64,000 nucleotides of DNA from contig JBKAGE010000073.1 of assembly GCA_046290225.1 (NCBI GenBank), positions 20,992 through 84,991 on the forward strand, given 5' to 3'. This stretch comes from Bradymonadia bacterium (GTDB lineage: Bacteria; Myxococcota_A; Bradymonadia; UBA7976; UBA1532). How positions within the stretch are numbered: the first letter of the stretch is position 1; every line of letters starts with the position of its first letter. The notes beneath the pieces were generated by a model that made no database searches, had not been told where the DNA came from, and was given only the letters and a program-made list of their open reading frames with translations. The position numbers were made by a program, and so were the translations under genes. Shown one piece after another: positions 38,264 to 47,018 of the stretch.

Positions 38264-39763
38264 ATGAGCCAGAAGACCTTCGATCGACGCACGTTCCTCA
38301 AGGGGGCCGCGTTGGGCCTCTCGGTGCCTCTGATCGCCGGGTGTGACGACGAGTCCACTGCGGATGACATGCCTGATGACGATGTCGTCGATGCACCAGA
38401 TGCCGGTGAGCCTGATCTGGGTGAGGTCGCTGATGCCGAGCCCCCCGCGCCACACCCTGCTGACGCAGAGATCGACGATGTGATGTACCCCCGGGCAATC
38501 CTCGCCGGCGCCATGACGTCGACTGGAGCGCTGATCCGAGGTTTTCGAGATCCGGACGCAGAAGGCTCACCTCGCCTGCTGGTCTGGCCCGAAGATGATG
38601 ATGGTCCCGGCGAGACCGTGATCGATCGCGTGGTCTCTCCTGAAGAGGGTCATCTGAACCTTGAACTCGACACCCTCGAACCGGGCACTCGCTACGCCTT
38701 TGCCTTCTTCGAAGGAGAAGGGCTTGAGCCCGAGGCGCTGACGCGATCTCCCGAAGGTCGTTTTCGCACCGCACCTGCGCCAGGTGAGTCGCCGGCTCTG
38801 ACCCTCGCTGCCTCGGCATGCACTGCCTTGAGGTTCGCCCCCTGGCCCGGGCTCGACATCAGCGCCGAGGCTCGACCGGACGTGTTCTGCCATCTCGGTG
38901 ACATGGTCTACAACGACGGCGCCGAGAGCCTGGAGGAGTTCCGAGCGGGCTGGCAAGCCACTCTGGAGACGCCGGAGTATCGCGCCCTCTTCGCCGAGGC
39001 TGGGGGCTACTTCACCTGGGACGATCACGAGCTCACGGATAACTCGGCGCTCTACACCCTGCCCCCGGAGGTCCGGGCCCGTGGGGTTCAGGCCTTCTTC
39101 GAGGCGTTGCCCATCCGATCGAGGGGCATTGAGGGCATCGAGGCCGAGCAGTTCTGGATGAGCCATCGGTGGGGGCTCACGGCGGAGATTTTCATCCTCG
39201 ACTGTCGTGGAGAGCGTCGTCCGGAGACCGCAGGTACCCCCGAGGCACAGTACATCAGCCCGGAGCAGATGCGCTGGCTCAAAGAGGCCCTCGAAGCGAG
39301 CCCTTGCCGGTTCAAGGTGATCCTCAACTCGGTGCCCATCACCACCTACGCCGAGCGTTATCCCGCCGCCGACGACCGATGGCAGGGCTATGCCGCACAG
39401 CGAGACGAGCTGCTCGACTTCATCACCGGTGAAGACGGTGGAGCGGGTGTGGAGGGGGTCTGGTTCTTGTCGGGGGATTTCCACCTCGGTGTGGTGTCCG
39501 CCGTCGACGCCGAGGGCCCTCGGGCGGGCATTCGGGAGATCCTCGCCGGCCCTGGGGGCAGCATCACCAACCCGCTGGGGCTGTTGCCAGAGCGCAACCC
39601 CGAGCTGGCCGCCGAGTTTTTTCCCCCCGAGCAGTTCGAGTACGTGAGCGCCGCCAAGGCCAGCACCGTGCTCACCTTCGATCCGGAAGCAGGCACTGTG
39701 CGGGTGCACTTTGTGGAGGGAGAGACGGGGGAGACCCTCTTCGACGTCACCTACGATGCCTGA
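38264..39763 (+). CDS. phoD: Alkaline phosphatase D family, Tat-exported lipoprotein
   Basis: DRRTFLK Tat motif, HLGDMVY, WDDHE, LDCR, SGDFH. Confidence 0.88.
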   Translation: MSQKTFDRRTFLKGAALGLSVPLIAGCDDESTADDMPDDDVVDAPDAGEPDLGEVADAEPPAPHPADAEIDDVMYPRAILAGAMTSTGALIRGFRDPDAEGSPRLLVWPEDDDGPGETVIDRVVSPEEGHLNLELDTLEPGTRYAFAFFEGEGLEPEALTRSPEGRFRTAPAPGESPALTLAASACTALRFAPWPGLDISAEARPDVFCHLGDMVYNDGAESLEEFRAGWQATLETPEYRALFAEAGGYFTWDDHELTDNSALYTLPPEVRARGVQAFFEALPIRSRGIEGIEAEQFWMSHRWGLTAEIFILDCRGERRPETAGTPEAQYISPEQMRWLKEALEASPCRFKVILNSVPITTYAERYPAADDRWQGYAAQRDELLDFITGEDGGAGVEGVWFLSGDFHLGVVSAVDAEGPRAGIREILAGPGGSITNPLGLLPERNPELAAEFFPPEQFEYVSAAKASTVLTFDPEAGTVRVHFVEGETGETLFDVTYDA

Positions 39764-40562
39764 GCGTGGAGTGGTCGAGCCTTCAGCGCCCATCGCCGTC
39801 GACGCTGTCAATGTGCCTGCCTTCGCGCTCACCGAGGACTATGACCCCTTCGAGTCCGACCTTCATCAACACCACCGGCATCAGTTGCTGTATGCAGTTT
39901 CGGGGACTCTGAGCCTCGAAGCCGAAGGCAGCGTCTGGCTGCTGCCCCCTCAGCGAGCGGCCTGGATCGGCGCCGAGGTGCCCCACCGCGCCTGGGCGCG
40001 ACAGCCAGTGGCCATGAGGACGGTGTTCTTTCGCCCCGAGGCCTTCTCCACAGCCCCTCGTGCCCGGTGCTGTGTGTTCTCTGTCGACGCCCTCGCCCGA
40101 GAGATGATCGTGTACGCCATGCGCTGGCAGGGTGAGCTCGAACCCTCAGAAGAGGTCGTGGCCCGGCCGTTCTTCGAGGCCCTGGCGGCTTTGTGTACGC
40201 AATGGAGCGCGGCGCCAGCACCCTGGCGCCTGCCCGCGCCTCGGAGCCCTCTGGTGGCGCGGGCCATGGGCCATGTGCAGGACCACCTCGATGGCGCGCT
40301 CACCCTCGCCGTCGTGGCAGAGAAAGTCGGTGCATCCAGCCGCACGCTCAGCAGGCGCTTCTCCACAGAGGCGGGCATGTCGTGGGGGCAGTACGTGCGC
40401 CGGGCGCGGATCGTCAAGGCCATGGAGCTCCTGCTCCAGCCAGGGTACTCGGTCACCGAAGTGGCTTTCTCGGTGGGCTTCGAAAGCCCTGGGGCCTTCA
40501 CACACGCCTTCAAGGCCCTCACCGGGCAGCGCCCGCGGGATTATCGCACCGCGCCGCGCTGA
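39756..40562 (+). CDS. AraC-family transcriptional regulator (cupin sensor)
   Basis: HQHHRHQLLYA..G, LPPQRAAWI, SRTLSRRF, VTEVAFSVGF. Confidence 0.92.
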   Translation: MPERGVVEPSAPIAVDAVNVPAFALTEDYDPFESDLHQHHRHQLLYAVSGTLSLEAEGSVWLLPPQRAAWIGAEVPHRAWARQPVAMRTVFFRPEAFSTAPRARCCVFSVDALAREMIVYAMRWQGELEPSEEVVARPFFEALAALCTQWSAAPAPWRLPAPRSPLVARAMGHVQDHLDGALTLAVVAEKVGASSRTLSRRFSTEAGMSWGQYVRRARIVKAMELLLQPGYSVTEVAFSVGFESPGAFTHAFKALTGQRPRDYRTAPR

Positions 40563-41503
40563 GCAGCGCTCACCTCGGCACCGAGCAGGCCGTACACGCC
40601 GTACTGCACCATGTAGGGCAGCGCATACTCAGGGAACGTCTTCGCGGCCTGCTCGGCGAGCGCCTTGTGATGCGCGGCGGCTTGCTCGCCCTTGAGCGCA
40701 GCTTGGGTCAGGCCGTGTTGGGCGACATAGCCCTTCACCAGAGCGCCCATGGCGTCGAGGTAGCGTTGCTGCGCGCTCACAGCCTGCGCCACAGGGGCCG
40801 TTTGACCGCGGCCGCCGTATACAGTGGCATCGGGCCAGGCCTTCAGCTCGTCGAGGGCTTTGCTCCACTTCGAAAGATCAGGCCGCGGCGCGCCGTCGAC
40901 GATGCCACCCTCGAGCCAGGCGTGGGCTTTGTGGTGGACCAGATCGCCGACGACGAGTGCTTTCTTCGCCGGGATCCACGCCACGGTCTGCGTGCTCGAC
41001 ACGCCTGGGTGCTTCAACGTCTTCAGCTCGATGCGCTCGCCGTTCTTCAAGGTGAGCGTGTGCGCCCCAGTGAAGGTGATGTCGACCCGGGCCTCCGCGG
41101 GGTAGGTGGCCTCGGTGAACATCTTGGCCATCTGCACGAAGTAGTACTTCTTGTAGGCGTGCACCCCAGGGATCGCCTTCGCCGTGGCGTCGCTCGCCAC
41201 CACCTTGGCGCCGAGGGCCTGAAATGGCCCGACCCCATTGAACTTGTCCGGGTTGGGGTGGGTGACGACGACATGACTGATGGGGACCTTGGTGCGCGCC
41301 TGGATGTCCTTGATGACCGACTGGGCGAGTGCGGGGGTGAACTGAGCGTCGAAGACCACCACCTGATCAGGGGTGACGTAGTACCAGGTGTGGGTGTCGA
41401 AGCCGGCCGCCGGTGAGGTGTAGCGGAACAGCCCGGTCTCGGCCTGGGCTGCAGGCAGGGCGAACGTCAACATGAGGCAGGCGGTGAGGAGCGTACGGAG
41501 CAT
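40541..41503 (-). CDS. Exported MBL-fold metallo-hydrolase-like protein
   Basis: Signal peptide. VFDAQF, THPNPDKFNG (degenerate HxHxDH), GDLVH. Confidence 0.8.
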   Translation of the reverse strand: MLRTLLTACLMLTFALPAAQAETGLFRYTSPAAGFDTHTWYYVTPDQVVVFDAQFTPALAQSVIKDIQARTKVPISHVVVTHPNPDKFNGVGPFQALGAKVVASDATAKAIPGVHAYKKYYFVQMAKMFTEATYPAEARVDITFTGAHTLTLKNGERIELKTLKHPGVSSTQTVAWIPAKKALVVGDLVHHKAHAWLEGGIVDGAPRPDLSKWSKALDELKAWPDATVYGGRGQTAPVAQAVSAQQRYLDAMGALVKGYVAQHGLTQAALKGEQAAAHHKALAEQAAKTFPEYALPYMVQYGVYGLLGAEVSAAQRGAVR

Positions 41504-41567
41504 GATCTTCCCTCGGTGTGTTTCGTGAGGGGAAGATACTCAGAGCCGGGGTGGCTCGCTTTCGAGA

Positions 41568-42314
41568 TCAGGTCATTGTTTTGTTCGAATTGGCCATCGC
41601 CTCGAGCACAGGCTCGAACAGGTATTTGATCTCGTCGAGGGAGTCCTCGATCGTGTCGGGCAGCGCCTTGCTGAACAGGTCGAGCAGGACCAGAGCGTTC
41701 ACCGAAGAGTCGGTCTTCACCACGGACCACAGACGCTTGGCGATGCAGGTGTTCACCTTGTGCATCTCGCGATAGAGCTGGCTGAGCCCCTCGAGCTCCG
41801 CATCCATGGTCCATCCGCGCTCCCGGGCAAAGTACTGGGCGAGCAGATACATGCTGGTGGCCCGATAGATCGTCTCTTCTTCGGTGGCCAGGGGCAGGTG
41901 GAACCGCGCCATGGGCCTGAAGACTCGGGTGTGCGGGCAGCCGCTGGTGGCCATGACCAGGCCCATGAGCGAGGCTACGGCCCGTTGAGCCGTCGTCTGC
42001 CTTCGGATGGTGCGCTCAGGGGTGGTGACCTCGACCTCGAGGGTGTCGTACGAGGCGATGTCGGTGCACAGTTGCACCAGATCGATGAGGGAGAACGCCA
42101 GCGGGCACTGGGGGCTCTCCGCCGTGTTGAGCGGGCAGTTGGGGCACTGCTTGAAAGTCAGGGCCGTCCACGGCTGACCCTCACCGCTGGGCGGTGGCCC
42201 GGCGAGGGTGTGCGGATCCATCCTGACCTCGTGCACCCGCGGTGGGCGATCAGGCAGGGTGAAAGTGTAGCGAACGACCAGTGATTCTTCGCTCTGGGCG
42301 TAGAGCTCTGCCAC
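41568..42314 (-). CDS. DUF6901-like protein
   Basis: WTAL..QCPNCPL...CP.A, SLMGLVMATSGCP, PMARFHLPLA. Confidence 0.75.
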   Translation of the reverse strand: MAELYAQSEESLVVRYTFTLPDRPPRVHEVRMDPHTLAGPPPSGEGQPWTALTFKQCPNCPLNTAESPQCPLAFSLIDLVQLCTDIASYDTLEVEVTTPERTIRRQTTAQRAVASLMGLVMATSGCPHTRVFRPMARFHLPLATEEETIYRATSMYLLAQYFARERGWTMDAELEGLSQLYREMHKVNTCIAKRLWSVVKTDSSVNALVLLDLFSKALPDTIEDSLDEIKYLFEPVLEAMANSNKTMT

Positions 42315-42433
42315 GACACACTCCGGGCTCCTGTAGGCAGTCTGAGGTAACGTCTTTTCGGCGGGAGATGTTTAGGCCCAGTTGAGGTTTGAAGAGCAGG
42401 TGGGTGAAGCGCGCCGGTGAGTGGCCGGGTGGA

Positions 42434-43327
42434 TCACTCCAGATTGCCGAGTTGCACGCATGGGCCGTCGTGAAACCCCTTGGGCGCGTCGCACGGGCGC
42501 CCACCGGTGAGCGCCCCCCCAGAGAGCGCGGTTTCTTGCGCTTCGAGGATGCGCTTGCGGGCCTCGACGAGGCGCTCTGGATCGATTTTACGGATCTGCA
42601 CGTCGGCCACGGCGAATTTGGACAAACCACGTGTGAGCAGCCAGCGACCGCCCTCAGGATCGCGCTGGTCGATCAGCTTCACCTGCTTCGGGCTCAAGGC
42701 AGAGGCCTCAAGCTCTGCGCGCCACGCCTCCGGGGTCCACGCACGGCGGCCGATGAGATCGACGATGAGGCCGCCCCAGCGTTCGGCGATGAAGAGGGGG
42801 GCAGATCCCACCATGCGCACATGACCGCCGCCGGCGAGCACAGGGGCTCGGCTTTGCACAAAGACGGCGAGGGCCGATGATTTCCCCTGAGCGGCGAGGG
42901 CCGGGGGCAGCTCGTCGAGCATGCGCCCGATGCGGCTCATGCTCACTTGAGGGTGGGGGAGATCGGCGAAGTCCAGGGCGATCTCCAAGGGGTAGTCGCC
43001 CGTGAGCCTGACCTGACGGGCGATGCCCTCGAACTTTGGGTCTTCTCCGCGGACTGCTCTCCACATGGCTTTCTGTGCTTCAGGACCCTGGAAGGCGGAA
43101 GCATCGGGGAGCAGGACCACGTAGAGCTGCAGCCCTTTTTGCCCCACGGCGCCGTCACCGGCGAGGGCCGACACAGTCGAGCCACCAGGGAGCCGGGCTG
43201 TGTCCGCTTCGAGATCTGCGAGGGCGCCGGCGGCGTTTCGGCTCGCAGCGGAGCGACCGCCGCCACAGCCCCACTGCGAGGCGAGGGCGAGGGCGGTGAG
43301 CAGGGCGAATCGGCAGGTGGTGCGCAT
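42434..43327 (-). CDS. Lipoprotein, paralog of 37336-38208
   Basis: Lipobox QWGC, LTRGLSKFAVADVQ, C-terminal Cys pair. Confidence 0.65.
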   Translation of the reverse strand: MRTTCRFALLTALALASQWGCGGGRSAASRNAAGALADLEADTARLPGGSTVSALAGDGAVGQKGLQLYVVLLPDASAFQGPEAQKAMWRAVRGEDPKFEGIARQVRLTGDYPLEIALDFADLPHPQVSMSRIGRMLDELPPALAAQGKSSALAVFVQSRAPVLAGGGHVRMVGSAPLFIAERWGGLIVDLIGRRAWTPEAWRAELEASALSPKQVKLIDQRDPEGGRWLLTRGLSKFAVADVQIRKIDPERLVEARKRILEAQETALSGGALTGGRPCDAPKGFHDGPCVQLGNLE

Positions 43328-43497
43328 CGAGCAGGCTCCAGGGAAAAGAACTCAAGTCATGGCGTTCGCAGACACGATGGTCAAAGTAGGGCCGGGCATA
43401 CAAGACAATCAGCGGAGAGATCCATTCGAAGCCTTCAGATGTGGTGGCAACCCATGCCGCCTTTGAGTTTTCATAGTATGTAGGGCGGCATCGCCTC

Positions 43498-45447
43498 ATG
43501 CCGCCTATGGCGTGCAGGTGTATCATGCGACACTCCCTCCCCGTCCGCTGGCAGGCATGGCCTGTCATCTTCGTCATGGCATCTCTGATGTCATGGCCCG
43601 TGCACTCACAGACAACCAGCACACGGATCGCAGTCCTTGAGCTGTCGAACCCCGCAGGCCTGACCGCCCAGGAGGCGGCCTACGTCACTGATCTGGTGCG
43701 ATGGGCCGGGGTGGGGGCCACCGAGGCCGTGGTGCTCACCCGAGAGAACATGCTCGAGCTGTTGCCTCCAGGGGTCGATCTCACCGCGTGCGAGGGGCAA
43801 TGCGAGGTGGAGACCGGCCGCAACCTCGGCGTCGAGCGGGTGATCTCCGGAGAGATCGTTCGCTACGCCGATGGCCTGCGGGTGCTGCTCAAGGCCCACG
43901 ATACCGAGACCGCGCGCCTCATCGGTGTAGAGCGCGCCTCCGCGAAAGACACCGAAGGGCTCGAAGGCGCCGTGGACACAGCGGCAAAGCGTCTGTTCGA
44001 GCAGCTGGGTACATCAGGGAAGACGCCCGCAGACATCTCAATGGTGGGATCTGAGCGGGCACCGAGTGTCGATCCATACGGCTTTCTTACCATCGAAAGC
44101 AGCCCCGCCGGCGCAGAGGTGATCATCGATGGTGTTCGTCGAGGCCGCACACCCCTGCTCCTCGAGGATCCTGTTGGGGCGCATACCATCGAGGTGCGCA
44201 AAGACAGACACCACACATACACCGCACAGATAAGGCTGGGATCTGAAGGCGAGCGGATCGATGTGGTGCTTGAGCTTGCCTTAGGGCGCCTCGATGTGGA
44301 CAGCCGACCTCATGGTGCTCGCGTCTATGTCGACGGGGTGCAGGTGGGCACCACCCCCATGCAGCTGGACGATCTTCAGCCTGGCGCGCATCTGGTGAAG
44401 ATCGAGGCGCGGTGCCATACCCCCTGGCAACAACGCGTGGTGGTCTCCGATGGCGAGTCGAGAGAGGTCTTCGCCGAGCTCGAAGAGGCCTGCAGTCAGC
44501 GGAAACGGGTGGTGTCCGTCATGGCGTTCGAGACAGACGGGCGTCCCTGCCACGGTCCGGTGTTCATCGACGGTGAGGCTGTAGGCCACGCGCCCTGGAA
44601 GGGTCCGCTCAACGCCCTGGCCCACGAGGTTCAGGTGCCCTGCGAGACGGGGATGGCTCAGGGAGAGGCCATCGCAGGGGGCGATGCGCGGCTGGCGCTC
44701 AGGCTCACCGCGCAGCCGGGACCCACCGTGGTACATCGCCGTCGTCAGCGACGCCGTCGAGGCCACACGTTTCATGGGCATCGGTTTCACCACCCGCCGA
44801 GCCGCCACATGATCGACGAGGTGCCCGGGCCCAGCAGGGAGAGCCGTACCAGGGGTACGACTCGGGGCTCTGCTCAGCGCGCCAACGTCCGTGGGCCTCA
44901 AAAAGCTCGGGACCCAGAGCTGCCCGTGGTGGGCTTCGGCATGCGGATGGATCGCGCCCGGGATGTATACGGGGAGCTGACCCTCTGGGTGAACGGTGTG
45001 CGCCCCGGCGTGCCGAGGCTGGGGTTGCTGCTCGGTCTCGGCGTGCACCGCCTGGAGGCGTCACCTGTAGGGTTCCACGATCACGCGGTCACCTTTGGAG
45101 GAGGACTCGCCTTCGCCTTGCCCATGGCCGATTGGGTTCAGGTGTTCACCAGCGCTGGGGCCTATGGTGGCTTCGTGGAATGCGACCGCTGGAGTCGCAC
45201 TCGATATCGAGGGCGATCAGTGCCCAATGAAGCGCTGTGTCAGGCTCAGACCCCCGCAGACCGTCAGGGCAACTACAACATCGGTGTCGGGCTGTGGGCG
45301 CTTCGCGGGGGGATGCAGTTCCTGCCTGCCGATGATCTGTCGATCGACTTCGGGCTGAGCCGAACCTCGGCCTTCAAGGGCCTGCACGATGGCGTGAAGA
45401 TCGGAGAAGGGGACGGCTTTACGCTGGGCTTCTCATATTTGTTCTAG
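43498..45447 (+). CDS. PEGA domain-containing exported protein
   Basis: N-terminal CEGQCEVETGRNLG domain. PEGA repeats (IESSPAGAEVIIDG...GRTP; VDSRPHGARVYVDG...GTTP). Beta-rich C-terminus ending in Phe. Confidence 0.85.
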   Translation: MPPMACRCIMRHSLPVRWQAWPVIFVMASLMSWPVHSQTTSTRIAVLELSNPAGLTAQEAAYVTDLVRWAGVGATEAVVLTRENMLELLPPGVDLTACEGQCEVETGRNLGVERVISGEIVRYADGLRVLLKAHDTETARLIGVERASAKDTEGLEGAVDTAAKRLFEQLGTSGKTPADISMVGSERAPSVDPYGFLTIESSPAGAEVIIDGVRRGRTPLLLEDPVGAHTIEVRKDRHHTYTAQIRLGSEGERIDVVLELALGRLDVDSRPHGARVYVDGVQVGTTPMQLDDLQPGAHLVKIEARCHTPWQQRVVVSDGESREVFAELEEACSQRKRVVSVMAFETDGRPCHGPVFIDGEAVGHAPWKGPLNALAHEVQVPCETGMAQGEAIAGGDARLALRLTAQPGPTVVHRRRQRRRRGHTFHGHRFHHPPSRHMIDEVPGPSRESRTRGTTRGSAQRANVRGPQKARDPELPVVGFGMRMDRARDVYGELTLWVNGVRPGVPRLGLLLGLGVHRLEASPVGFHDHAVTFGGGLAFALPMADWVQVFTSAGAYGGFVECDRWSRTRYRGRSVPNEALCQAQTPADRQGNYNIGVGLWALRGGMQFLPADDLSIDFGLSRTSAFKGLHDGVKIGEGDGFTLGFSYLF

Positions 45448-45468
45448 GCCCAATCTGGCCAGTGAAGC

Positions 45469-46116
45469 TCACTGCTTGATCTGCGCTCGACCCTTCTGAT
45501 CCACCGGGCCATTGATGTTGACGCCTTCGAGGGTGACCTGAGCCTCACCCCAGGCTTTGAGGGCCTTGTCAGAGCCCTTCAACTCACCCCCTTGCACCAG
45601 CACTCTGGCGTGACCCGCGGCATACAACGCGACACCAGCCTCTACGCGAACGTTCTTCAGAGTGAGCTGACAGTCTCCTGCAGCGGTGATCGCCGGTGTT
45701 TGACCAGGAACCACAGCCTGAACATCGCTGAGGGTGATGATTTGATGTCCGCCACACTTGAACGGGCGACGGCCGTCCCACACACCGGCTGTACCTGCCA
45801 TCACGGGCTTCACTGGGGGGCGTTTCCCAGATGAGTTCCCTGTGGGCCGTTGTGGTGCCGCCTTGCTCGAGGTTTTGCCTGGGATCTTCACCGCAGGGGC
45901 CGAGGCTACAGGTGCTGAGGTTTTCGCCACCGTGGCGTTCTTGGATCCTCCGATCCAGCCCTTGTGCCAGGCGAGGGCTACTCCACCGCCGATGAGGAGC
46001 AGCGCCAGCAACCCGATGAGCAGCCCGCCGATGCCAGAGCCTTCGTCCTCCTCGTAGTACTCCTCGACGATCTCTTCTTCGATGATCTCTTCGACGACTT
46101 CGTAGTCACGGCGCAT
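45469..46116 (-). CDS. Single-pass membrane protein: acidic N-terminus, beta-helix-like C-terminus
   Basis: EEIIEEEIVEEYYEEDE, TM segment, repetitive AxGxxxLxL strands. AGGAG SD. Confidence 0.6.
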   Translation of the reverse strand: MRRDYEVVEEIIEEEIVEEYYEEDEGSGIGGLLIGLLALLLIGGGVALAWHKGWIGGSKNATVAKTSAPVASAPAVKIPGKTSSKAAPQRPTGNSSGKRPPVKPVMAGTAGVWDGRRPFKCGGHQIITLSDVQAVVPGQTPAITAAGDCQLTLKNVRVEAGVALYAAGHARVLVQGGELKGSDKALKAWGEAQVTLEGVNINGPVDQKGRAQIKQ

Positions 46117-46277
46117 GTGGATCTCCTGTCGCAACGGCGGGCCATGGTATCGGGTGGGCGACACAGGCTGTAGATATGCGACACGGTGTCCTCGTTTTGT
46201 GTTCTGTGTGTACTCTAAATGTACTCAGGGGGCGGTGGCCGGTTGGTGGGGCCTTTATTTCAAGACATTGAGCAAGT

Positions 46278-46293
46278 TGGCACGCCCATCGCT
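46278..46293 (+). promoter_or_regulatory. Putative sigma-54 (-24/-12) promoter
   Basis: TGGCACG-CCCA-TCGCT versus consensus TGGCACG-N4-TTGCW. GG-N10-GC spacing is correct. It lies about 40 bp before ATG 46335. Confidence 0.6.
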
Positions 46294-46334
46294 TTGAGTT
46301 CAGAGCATCACTGACTCTGACCGGGAGCGCCGAG

Positions 46335-47018
46335 ATGGAACTCGCCTACTACCTGACCTGGCCCGTCAACTTCACCCTCAAGGGCGTGTGCAGCCTCTGT
46401 CTTGAGATGTTGCGTGGGCTCATCGCGGGCATCGCCAACGTGCTCATTGCCCTGGGCTGGCGCATCGACGCCGTGGGCCGATGCCCGATCCCCAACAGCG
46501 GGGCCGCTCTCCTGGTGGGCAACCATGTGTCGTTCCTCGACGCTGTCCTCGTCGCCGCTGTGAGCCCCCGGCCTGTGCGCTTTGTCATGGACGAGCGGTA
46601 CTACAACCCCTGGTGGTGTCGCTGGTTCTTTCAGCTCGCCCGGGCGATCCCCATCGCCAGCGCGCGACGGAACCCCGCGCGACTGAAGCAGGCCATGGCC
46701 TCCATCGACGCCGCCCTCGACGCCGGTGAGGTGGTGATGATTTTCCCGGAGGGTCGCCTGACCACTGATGGTGAGGTGGGTGACTTTCGCCCTGGCGTGG
46801 AGCGGATCCTCGCCCGCCGGCCCGTGCCGGTGATCACCATGGCCATTCAAGGGGTGTGGGGTAGCCGCTTGAGCCGCTGCCCCCGGGCCGAGGCGCCGAA
46901 GACCTCGGGTCTGCGCCGGCCGGTGCGGGTGGTTTGGGGTGCGCGGATCGACGGCGCCCGAACCAACTCTACGGCGCTGAAGGTGCAGGTCAGGGCGCTT
47001 CGGGGCTCAAAGCGCTGA
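46335..47018 (+). CDS. 1-acyl-sn-glycerol-3-phosphate acyltransferase family (PlsC-like)
   Basis: NHVSFLD and IFPEG motifs. Confidence 0.9.
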   Translation: MELAYYLTWPVNFTLKGVCSLCLEMLRGLIAGIANVLIALGWRIDAVGRCPIPNSGAALLVGNHVSFLDAVLVAAVSPRPVRFVMDERYYNPWWCRWFFQLARAIPIASARRNPARLKQAMASIDAALDAGEVVMIFPEGRLTTDGEVGDFRPGVERILARRPVPVITMAIQGVWGSRLSRCPRAEAPKTSGLRRPVRVVWGARIDGARTNSTALKVQVRALRGSKR

